Assembly (NCBI RefSeq): GCF_964355755.1
Contig: NC_092672.1
Location: 23,387,237 to 23,451,236, forward strand
Origin: Antedon mediterranea
Lineage: Eukaryota > Animalia > Echinodermata
Length of the DNA: 64,000 bases
Direction: 5' to 3'
Shown one piece after another: positions 13,838 to 24,108 of this stretch. The stretch's first letter is position 1; the number at the start of each line of letters is the position of its first letter. A program made the translations under genes and the position numbers. The notes beneath the pieces are model-generated. The model did not search any database. It was not told where the DNA came from and saw nothing but the letters and a program-made list of their open reading frames with translations.

Positions 13838-14582
13838 AATGGTCATACAGCATAAAAAGGCCAATTTACACAGACGAGCGGTAACGGTAAGCGGTAAAGT
13901 TGATCGGAAAACGCAAAAATAGAATCTATGTTATTTCTTATGACCATTTACACAGAACGCGGAGCGGACGAGCGGTTGACCGGAAATCCGCTCAGGATCG
14001 AAACAGATTCGATTTTGTGAAAATACCGCGCGGTAATTATGGATTCTGGCCAACCAACGACATGATTGAAATGACGTCATCTATCAACAAATTTTGTTTG
14101 CGTCCGTCGAGTGAAAGACGACAATAAATACGAGTGCCGTAGTAGGCCTAGCCTATAGTTTCTTCTTCTTTTTATTCAGAAATACAAACACCTACGACGT
14201 GACTAATGTTCGTATAAGGATAGTGAAAAGAAAATATACATTTTAGTACGTTATTAGGCAACAATTCCCTCTAAAACTTAGGCCTGTGTGTGCTAGGCCT
14301 ACTGACAGTCAGTCACATCCAGGCCAGCAGTGACTGTAACATGCATTAACCTCGAGGCCTATACCATACTCCATGGGCCTACACGCACCTACTTTCCACC
14401 ACTCTGTTCGCGAACTCCGCGCGCTGTGTAAATGGAAAAAACCACGCGGTTTTTCGCTTACAATTACCGCTTACCGTTACCGCTCGTCTGTGTAAATTGG
14501 CCTTTACATGTTGCTGCTCAAGTGGGCAGTACTGAAAACTGCAATCAGATATGCCTGCATGGCGCAAAATGTTCAAAATAAG
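13838..14582 (+). pseudogene. Dead ankyrin exon (NGHTA//LHVAAQVGSTENCNQICLHGA...) interrupted by a MITE, donor site lost
   Basis: tattcaatag|AAT GGT CAT ACA GCA, insertion, then TTA CAT GTT GCT GCT CAA GTG GGC...; ends 'caaaataag tcatac' without the gtaag of sister exons. Confidence 0.85.
13856..14505. mobile_element. ~650-bp MITE (PIF/Harbinger-like) with ~42-bp TIRs
   Basis: aaaggccaatttacacagacgagcggtaacggtaagcggtaa ... ttaccgcttaccgttaccgctcgtctgtgtaaattggccttt; TWA-like target, imperfect on the left. Confidence 0.88.
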
Positions 14583-15349
14583 TCATACATTCATTATTAT
14601 TCATTATATGTTAATCTGAAATTTCACTCTTCATTTTACTTATAATTGAATAGTAATACATTCTTAAAATGTTTAAAAAAAAACCAGAATTGATCATTAA
14701 ATGTGTAATAATATGCCAAAATAGTATGAATAATTTTATTCTGAAATAATTATGAACAACACTTGTTATTTGTATAAAATAAAATTCTCAAAATCATCTA
14801 TTAAAACTTGTAATCAACTGTTTGTATTAGCAAATGTACTTCACGTTTGTGCAGGCATGATCTTATATACACATAAAACACAATATTTTTGATGTGAGTA
14901 AAAGATTTCATCATTCAATGCTAAAATGAGAACTTGAATTGTACAACACAGTTTTTAAATGTTTGTTATTTTATTTCATTTCATTTATTCATTCGACCAA
15001 TAAACAGATACAGAACAGAAAAAAGCACATGGTCAGGGGCAAGTAAAGCAAAACAATTACTATAACCGCCCTGGCTTTAAACACGATGTAGCTCTCGTTC
15101 TGCGAAGCCTAGCAACTAACAAAAAACAGTGACGTAAAGCTTGAAAATCCCCTTTTAGAATATGGCATCATCTTTTGTGCCTTCTATTTGCATAAGCGAT
15201 GTTTAGTTAGTAATACGCAGGGTGGTTTTGGGCGCTTTAGGTGCTAAAGGGGTAAAGAGCAATAGACATACTGTAAATTAAAACAACAAAATACAAAAAA
15301 TATTGCACCAAGTAAAACATTTGTACAATCTTACTAAAAAGTCTCTTAG

Positions 15350-16300
15350 TATAAGGGACCTATACATAAATATACAAAATTAAATAATTAAAAGATTAAT
15401 AATCGGTTATTGAAAATTTAACTACTTTAATATAATAGAAGTTGCCTTAACATAGTAGCACAAATTAAATTGTAAATTTTGATTAAAATCTTTATTAACT
15501 CAAGATCCTGTATATTTATATTTAAAGCATAACGGAACAAAATTTCATTTTTTTTAAAAGAGCAAAATATACATAAATTGGCATTTCTCAACATTGAGAC
15601 AATTGAGAATAGAGTTGTAGCTTGATGATTAAGACGGTCGGCTAGCAATCTAAGGGTCCTGTGTTACATGTTTTTAAGAATAAAAACTTATTTCATTGTA
15701 TCCTACAACTTTTTTAAACATTGATGCTTTCAATTAAATTTAAAACAATTATTGGATGGATATTGTAATTGAAGACTATCTAAGTTGTAATCCGGCAGAT
15801 GCGGACATTCAGGCGACTTAACTTAAAAAGTTAATTGAATGATGAAGGCTTGTCATAAACAGTAGAATTGAAGCAATTTTATGATACATTACAGAAGGAT
15901 AATCACTAGGTTTATTTTGACATTTCATCTGACTCCAAAATCTTATTTGTACAGTAGGCCTTGTATTTTTAGCTAAAGAATATATTTACGCTGACAGTAA
16001 AGTATCTCGAGCAAACTTTAAATTATTTTTTGTCATTTCTTAAAATATAAAAACAAAAAAACAGGCCAATGTTATTAAATTATAAAAAACCTGTTATTGT
16101 AAGTTAATTTATACTAGAGTGTAGGCTACATAAGCAAAGCAGGCCTACCCTATAAAAATGAATAAATAATATATTAAGATTTAATGACATTTTTTGACAA
16201 AATGGGTTTTATTACATGATATACCAAAATATGAGCCCATATTATTAACATGATAATATTATGAACAATTTCAAATTTTTTGGTGGTTGTTGTGCTTTGT
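15350..16300 (-). mobile_element. Possible highly decayed L1/Tx1-like LINE 3' region
   Basis: Minus-strand 'NANLCIFCSFKKNEILF' resembles the C-terminal Cys motif; otherwise fragmentary. Confidence 0.3.
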
Positions 16301-16338
16301 ATAGCAAATTTTGAAATGTCTTAAAGTATCACCTATAA

Positions 16339-16870
16339 CAAGTGTTATAACGTTCGTAAAAGCCAGTTACTTATTCGTCGTAGAGGGCGTAGATGCAAAC
16401 AAGTTTGCTGAACTGGGGTGGCAAATGGTAAAGTAGGTCATGGGTGATCGATTCATACTAAATAAAAAAAAAAAAATTAAGTATGTCAAGTGTTATAACG
16501 TTCGTAAAAGCCAGTTACTTATAGAGGACGTAGATGCAAAAAAGTTTGCGGAACTGGGGTGGCAAATCGTAAAGTAGGTCAAGGGTGATTGATTTATACC
16601 AACATTTTTGAAAAAATTAAGTAGGTCAAGTGTTATAACGTACGTAAAGCCAGTTTCTTATTCACCGTAGAGGGCGTAGATGCAAAAAAGTTCGCGGAAC
16701 TAGGGTGGCAAATGGTAAAGTAGGTCAAGGGATACCAAAATATGTTGAAAATATTAAGTAGGTCAAGTGTTATAACGTTCATAAAAGCTAGTTACTTATT
16801 CGCCGTAGAGGGCGTAAATGCATAAAATGTTATTGAACTTTGACCGGAAGAAGTAGAGGAGGTCAAGGCT
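16339..16870 (+). repeat. ~140-bp tandem repeat, ~3.7 copies, next to a TTAA-type transposon terminus
   Basis: Units start caagtgttataacgt at 16339, 16487, 16627, 16764; 'gtgactgtccctttaa' at 16937-16952 resembles a Kolobok-like end. Confidence 0.85.
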
Positions 16871-18370
16871 AAGATGTTGATGCAATAACCACTCAATTAG
16901 ATAGTTATTACATAAAATCTGTTTTTAAAAATATTTGTGACTGTCCCTTTAATTCAATTTGAATAAGGAACTAGGAACTAGTAACCAACTTCACAGACAT
17001 AGCATTCGACAGCTTGTAAAAAAATTTGTCAAAAACACATTTTTCGCACAAACTTGCTGTTTTAACATAGCTTAATAGATAAAGGGGAATCAAACGGTGC
17101 CCCAGCTCAAAAGGCGCTAGCTATCAGTCTTCTGGTTTAGGAAGAGTCAGAGTAACACATTTTAAGTTTTGTAATATAGATTGGTTTGCTACTCATCATT
17201 ATAGTCATTGTTGGTCAATATTTGCCTACTTTTGGGTTATTTAAAATTTGTTATTTATTTTGTCTTTTAAATTTAAATTGTCTTTAAATAAAAGTTAAAT
17301 TGTGCGTAGTGCTGCCAATTTGAAAGGTATTCAAATCAATTCTAAGACTGGAAATCTGTTTGGATATCATAGATGAAATACCCCTTGTAGCATTTCAAAG
17401 ATATCATTTTTGATAAATGAATTTGACAATTATTGAAACCATTAGAGATCAGATGGTCATCAAACTTATATAAATAAAAAATGGAAAAACCAATACAATA
17501 GATCTTTAGTCTGCTTTATGGCATATTTAACTGTCTGCTGACTGCATATTTAAGCATTGATGATTGTTAGAATTCAAATTATTAATGGTGGGCTTATACT
17601 TAACATAGGTCTACTTTACTGTGAAAACAGGATGCTGGTCAACTCATCACTAAAATACTTTGATAACAAATAGTGTATCAAGACTTAAATATTATGAAGA
17701 GGGAAGCTTGAATGCCACTATTATTCCAAAATAGGGATAGGCTGCTGTGTAGTGTTTATATGACATGTTCAGTTTTTAAATTCACTAGTAAATAATAAAC
17801 CTTCTTAGTTTCTGTCTAATATCATTACTGCTAATGCAGCATATTAAAGTTTAAATTTCTAAATTAGATAGTCTATTACGTGCCTGCTTACCTGGATAAA
17901 CCCGACAATAGCCCTTTTCCACGAAGTGCGAAACAAATACGAAAAGAAGAATTCTACCCGAATTCACCTCATAAAGAATGGTACATTCCGCTCTAGCGCC
18001 CTCTCGTGGGACCACTCCCACGTGTTACCGTCATCATTTCTTTTCGTACTGTCACGAAGACAAGTCACGAAGTTTGAGCGTTGCAATACGTCACAAACGA
18101 GGGAGAAATACCAACCTTATCTAACCTTGAGCTAGCCGAGGCTAAGTTGATCTTTTGATATACTATTTATATCTATTAGAATACATTGGTTATTGATACG
18201 TTGGAAACCGTTGCCCTGTTTTGTTAATCTAACAGGGCAAAAATACTGTTAGACTAGAGAACTAGTTGTTGGATACGTTGCAAATTTTTTCACATACCGG
18301 GACTGTTCACCGGCATAGTGTAGCGAGTCATAGAATCAGTCAGGCGTATCCACTGTAACATAGTACGTTA

Positions 18371-19657
18371 AAACGACGCGCGGCGGCAGAAGTTAAAGAT
18401 ACAAACGCCTGCTGGTCGGCAATTAGCCCCGTGATCTGTTGCAGCAGCGCAATGACCTCTGTATCGAACTCCCGCGGGTGGTCCGGATCGGCCAAAAACG
18501 ACAGCAAGTAGCCGGAGACGGATGTTACTCGAAGTGTCTCGCGGGCCGCTCTATCGATCGTGAGGAGCGTATCTTCTGTCTTCGCGGCCGTCGGAGCAAG
18601 CTAAGTAGTCTTTCCCGCTTCTAATCCTTGGTCCTCCCGAACCCGGTCCTTGGCGGCATCAGGCACGCCTGGCGCAACAATGTACCTATCGAATTGAGCT
18701 CTAGGTACCGGAAAGGCGCATGAAAGAATGTTCGGCGCCGGTCTACGCGTACTGGTCTCGCGCGCGATAGCGTCCACGCGATCAACCAGCTCCGGGTCGA
18801 GAGGAACGACCGGGCACGTTGTAACCTTACGGAGAGGCGTACGTACCCCAAACGTTGAGAAACGTTTTGTAGATGGAGTTGGCTTCGGTTCGCGAAAAGC
18901 GTATTCGACGCCTAGATATTCCAATACCGCCGGAAGAATCTTATTAACCAGCGCCTGTAGCCCCTCCTCGCCGGGCCTCCGCAACTGCGCGGCTCTCTCC
19001 TCATCGGAGAGCGTGAGCATAGTACGGTCGGTCGAGTATCCCTCCTCCATTGAGGGTCCCTCAGAATACGGCAGTGGTGTCTGAGGTGGAGGCACCGGAT
19101 AATATGGAATAGGAGGCCGTGGTTGAGGGAACACCGCGGGCTCGTCCCGTGGTACAGCCCTCACCGCTGCCGCGATGGCTTGAATAATCACCGGAGAAAG
19201 CTCAGTATCCGGGAAACCAGTGGCCGCAGCGGGAACAGGCGCGGAACCGGCCTCTGCCTCATGCGCGGGAGCTGCGAGTATAACAGGCACCTCCTCGCGT
19301 GGCACGTTCTCAGCCGGAACGTCCATTACAGTTGCGCCTTCCTCCTGAGGTGCGATATCAACTGCTTTCTCTTCAATAACACGTCCCGCGAGACGTGGAA
19401 GCGATGCAAACTTAGCAGGCGTCCAGCGTACGCAAACCTCGCACGGATCTGACTAGCTGCACGTGCGGCAACTAACGCACCGCATGTGGACGTCCCGCGA
19501 GACGTGGAAGCGATGCAAACTTAGCAGGCGTCCAGCGTACGCAAACCTCGCACGGATCTGACTAGCTGCACGTGCGGCAACTAACGCACCGCATGTGGCG
19601 GTCCCACTTAACTGTTGATCGTGGGCCCCTGCACTGGATGCATTCTTGTTTTGGCAT
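18371..19657 (-). pseudogene. DIRS1-like retrotransposon Gag pseudogene (N-terminal Cys/His finger, LAP2alpha-like region), GC-rich
   Basis: MPKQECIQCRGPRSTVKWDRHMRCVSCRTCS*SDPCEVCVRW (CxxC..DxHxxCxxC..CxxC) is in frame with the 241-aa ORF once a 109-bp tandem duplication (19381-19598) is removed; the frame continues past TAG 18601 to ...SAAARRFNVL. Confidence 0.75.
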
Positions 19658-19792
19658 GATGACAAAAAACGCCTAAACAAAGCACACAAACACACACCTA
19701 ACAGAGTATCTCGTCCTAACGTACTATGTTACAGTGGATACGCCGGACTGATTCTATGACTCGCTACACTATGCCGGTGAACAGTCCCGGTA

Positions 19793-20709
19793 GCGATTTT
19801 TTTTTTCGTACATAAGTTGGGGACCCCCTCATGAAACGTCACAAAATAAACATGAATAATTCATCAGTTAAATTTTCTTGTTCCGTGTGCACCCAAACGT
19901 ATAGCAACAAGAAGTGATTACACGACAAGTGCGGTACGATTCTAGGCCTATCTCCGCTGTTGTTGCGGCGTGCGATTTCATAGAAGAATAGCGGCGTTTT
20001 GTGTGGATTGTCGAAATAATCAGCCTTTAGTTTATGGTGTTTTTAATATAATTTATTACTAAAGAATTACGTGTTAAAATTATAGTTTCTATTAATACTA
20101 TTAGGCCTAATTATTAGTCTCTAAACCCATGTCTATTCTAGGCCTAGTAGTAGCTGTGTGGGTGGTGTGTGTGACGTGTGTGTGTATGACACAATCCGAG
20201 TAAATAAGTCAGCAAAATTAAACAATAAATTCATTACAAAAAAATACATTTTTTATTTTCGTGGGTCTAATCTTCCCATCTCATGTGTTCATATACGCAC
20301 ATTTTTAAAGTTCCTTTGAGTACATGCATATTGTTTGATAATAAAATAGCAGAATTAAAAAAATACAGTACACAAATTAGACACATTCTTTATTCTTGTG
20401 GGTCTAAGCTTTCTTTGGGCTATGTCCAATGAATTACTACTTAGTTTAATGTCTTGCCTAGCTGTCGATTAGCCTCGACTCGACACATTTTGTGTGAAGA
20501 AGAGTGCGCGAAGGCAATCACGTGAATTGACTTAGAATCCTAGGCCTACTGTACTAGTAGAAAGTATCGTATCGCAGTTGTGTAATCACTTCTTGTTGCT
20601 ATACGCTTGGGTGCACACGGAACAACAAATTTAACTGATGAATTATTCATGTTTATTTTGTGACGTTTCATGAGGGGGTCCCCAACTTATGTACGAAAAA
20701 AAAAATCGC
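19793..20709. mobile_element. Mutator-like (MULE) non-autonomous element, ~150-bp TIRs, 9-bp TSD
   Basis: gcgattttttttttcgtacataagttggggacccc ... ggggtccccaacttatgtacgaaaaaaaaaatcgc; TSD gtcccggta at 19784-19792 and 20710-20718. Confidence 0.88.
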
Positions 20710-21190
20710 GTCCCGGTATGTGAAAAAATGCACCGATTTGCAACGTATCCAACAACTAGTTCTCTAGTCTAACAGTATTTTTGCCCTGTTAGATTAACAA
20801 AACAGGGCAACGGTTTCCAACGTATCAATAATCAATGTATTCTAATAGATATAAATAGTATATCAAAAGATCAACTTAGCCTCGGCTAGCTTCTCAAGGT
20901 TAGATAAGGTTGGTATTTCTCCCTCGTTTGTGACGTATTGCAACGCTCAAACTTCGTGACTTGTCTTCGTGACAGTACGAAAAGAAATGATGACGGTAAC
21001 ACGTGGGAGTTGTCCCACGAGAGGGCGCTAGAGCGGAATGTACCATTCTTTATGAGGTGAATTCGGGTAGAATTCTTCTTTTCGTATTTGTTTCGCACTT
21101 CGTGGAAAAGGGCTATTGTCGGGTTTATCCAGGTAAGCAGCACTTATAGACTACCAACACCATTTCTGGTTTGTGTAATTTATTGTACTA

Positions 21191-21284
21191 TACATCACAG
21201 CCACTGATCATAACTGGGCCCTCTTGGAGACCAGTCTTTGACTGAAGAGGTTGCCCAGTATAAACAAAATATTTTAATTTCAAT
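21191..21284 (+). mobile_element. 3' fragment of the SINE at 30169
   Basis: tacatcacagccactgatca..actgggccctct.ggagaccagtctttgactgaagaggtt.cccagtataaa matches ~30402-30480. Confidence 0.85.
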
Positions 21285-21599
21285 AATGACACGTCAACCA
21301 GTAATTTTGATCAAAACAAATTTAAGGCAAATGTACTGCATTACTTTACATATAGTCTACTCGCCCTAATTTGCTAAACATTTTAGCAGCTAGAAATATT
21401 GCCACATAATTTTTTTTGGTAAAAAATGTGTATTTTTGTTCCGTCCAATGTTGAGAGTGGCCTAACAACAATGAAATCCATAAATTATAAATAATTACAA
21501 CATTGTTTTTCATATGTATGGACAATGGTGTTTATAACCCTTTAATTAACCTCACATTTCATAGGATACATACTGTACAGTACAAACAATGGCATAGAC

Positions 21600-22050
21600 T
21601 CAACATTAGGATGTTTTTTCACTGACAGAATTAACTTGGATTGATTCAACAGCAAAGTGAAGTTCTCGTTCATGTTTTATGCCACAAATTCAGACCACTG
21701 GTTCCTTCATGCACAATACAATTGTGTCATCATCTCCAATGAATCTTTGCTTACAAGAAATCAAAGTGGTTCTGAAGCGGGTTGATTTGACAGATTTCCA
21801 TGTTAATTCATTGCTCCTTGCTTATTCTTAGTAATATTGTAATACATCAACACAACTTCTGTAACACAAGGCAAACTAGTGCTGATCTATTGATACTAAC
21901 ACTAAGAAATCTTCTGACAGACTCTGAGCTGGTTTATATCCATTGTTAATCTAATTTGTTTTCATTCTGAATTGTCTGATTTGGCATAACCATCTGGTAT
22001 GCAAACACAATAATCAAAGGAAGTGTCCTCATTATCACATTACCTGTACA
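21600..22050 (-). mobile_element. Decayed LINE RT relic
   Basis: Minus-strand 'QRFIGDDTIVLC' resembles the RT YxDDT motif; surrounding frame broken. Confidence 0.35.
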
Positions 22051-22239
22051 AATTGTTGGACTTTATTATTAGGAATTTAAAAGAGAAAAAAATGTTACCT
22101 TTGAGTTTGTTTTTTTAAATTACAGTATAACAAAGTTTACTAAAATACATTATGACTCTGAGAATAAGAACATGATGTTTGGTATGATAATTATCTATAC
22201 TATGTGAAATATAATAACCTCTATGTGCTTAATATTTTA

Positions 22240-22311
22240 ACCCAAGCTGGTCACAACCTCATATGTATGTGCCTGATCAAGGCAGGATCAGATGTGAATG
22301 TTGCAAGCGAT
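22240..22311 (+). pseudogene. 5'-truncated ankyrin exon remnant: (T)QAGHNLICMCLIKAGSDVNVASD
   Basis: Codons 10-33 of an ankyrin repeat followed by gtaaagtcat; acceptor and first ~9 codons missing after 'aatattttaa'. Confidence 0.8.
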
Positions 22312-23254
22312 GTAAAGTCATATATTTAACAAAATATTTAACTTTTTTTTCCAATTTAAAAAGTCTAGATTCATTTTTCATAAAATCTACAAATTGGAGT
22401 AGTAAAGATTTTGTCTGATTTAATGTTGTAATTATAGATACAAAATCTTCACTCATCTTAAACCTTATTCATTATTTTAATGATTTACATTAATACATAT
22501 ACAACAAATACAATACATTAGTTTATATTTTTGAATGACAGGTTTGCCAAATATAATTGTGGAACATTTCAAAAAATTACAGCATATAATTACTGTAGAT
22601 AAAACCAAATTACATTTGCTCATAAGAGCATTATTGTTCTACGGATGTGCCTTGAAAGCTTTGGTCTTTGCTCTATCGTCTTACTGTACACCATCGCTTG
22701 TAGTATAATATCCCACTACCCGGCCTGTGTTAACTATAAAGGCATCCATGTCTAATTCATATGTTATATTTACCTGTTTCAAATGAAAAAAATGGATAGC
22801 TAAACTGATTTAAATTTAAAGAAATGCAGAGAATAATTTGCAAGCATATTAATTATATTGAACATAATGAACAACTATCTAAAAGGTAGTCTTCTTTATT
22901 GTACCTTTTTAATATCCTAGATGTGGGTAAAGTACATTGGAAGAATCCTCTTTTACTTCTCATCTGTTAACATACATATTTTATTTGTTTATTCTTTAAC
23001 TTCATTTATATATTATTCTTCATTTATATGTAAAATTGTGAAATTCTAAGCATGCCATGAAACATTTTATTATCTTATTTTATGCAATGTAATTATATTC
23101 TTCAATTTAAAGTAGGATCTTGATGTTTTTCAACAACAGATAGCTATAGAAAGAAAGTTGATTGAATATAATTATATGTAACTTTTTTAGAAAATGGTTT
23201 AAAAAAAAAGAAATATTTGATACAGTATTTAAAATGAATTAATGAAAACAATTA

Positions 23255-24108
23255 CCGTATATTTCGGTGTATAAGTCGCACCTGTGTATAAGACGCACCC
23301 CCAACTGAGAGTGAAATATCGGTATTTTTTATATCGTCGATGTATAAGACGCACCTTATATTTCATCAAAACAATGTTTTTTTAAATTGTAATCAATATT
23401 ATTGTAATAATATATTTTGTTATATCTACAACGGCGTCCTTTATTTAGGTTTTTTCTTACCTAGGCTTGGCCGCGCCCAGCCTCAACAAGTTCTTTCTAA
23501 CTTGTTATTCATGAGTTTCGCCGCAACATCGAGTGCATGACCGTGTGTGTAACACGCACGCTAGCCTCGCTCGATCATTTCGAGAGGGCGCACGTTTTCA
23601 CGGACAATCGTATACGATTAGTATCTATGTATCCGAGAAGTGTGTACGCTAGGTCCATGCTATAATCACCTGGAGAATATACTAGTCGAATACCGTACAC
23701 CATGTGCCACCAAAAGAAGGGCTTGCGCTTGGGGCACGGCGATCGTGCGTATAACTACTGTATAAATAAATACTACAGTATTCCAATCGTACGACGTAAA
23801 CGTTTACAAATGAAATTTTATCGGAGCGCCATATGAACAAATCTTTTCATCATATTTAGTATAACATCATGCTAAAATGACTTGAAAACTAGGCCTAGGC
23901 AGAAGCAGGTTGCCGTTACGTTAGTTAGTTACTGTAGCTAGGCCTAGCCTACTCACTCAGGCCTAGCAAACGAGGTGACGATAGCCTAGGCCTATGTACA
24001 CTACAATCTGTGTGGTGAGGCATTTATGTTCGGTGTATAAGACGCACCCTTAATTTAGAGGTCAAATTTGCGTGTCAAAAGTGCGACTTTATACACCGAA
24101 ATATACTG
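23255..24108 (+). mobile_element. Tc1/mariner-superfamily MITE, TA TSD
   Basis: TA|ccgtatatttcggtgtataagtcgcac ... gtgcgactttatacaccgaaatatactg|TA; second copy at 61504. Confidence 0.88.

Larger units (their letters stand above)
17869..21153 (-). mobile_element. Foldback element: ~500-bp inverted repeats flanking a truncated DIRS-like gag
   Basis: 17869-18370 is the reverse complement of 19717-19792 plus 20710-21153 (right arm split by an insertion); twin ORFs 17926+ and 20886-. Confidence 0.88.

Noticed and set aside
16339-16870. CRISPR-like array (also 31579-31780 and 5236-5812)
   Set aside because: Whole units repeat with no unique spacers; eukaryotic context and no cas genes.
17926-18135. 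Duplicated small ORFs (17926/20886, 8285/9094, 23340/61728, 34438/52482, 36068/54125)
   Set aside because: Identity reflects repeats or duplication; no recognisable protein features, and some are antisense to TE relics.
18601-19326. 241-aa ORF as an intact host gene
   Set aside because: It is the middle of a longer interrupted Gag-like frame inside an inverted-repeat element.
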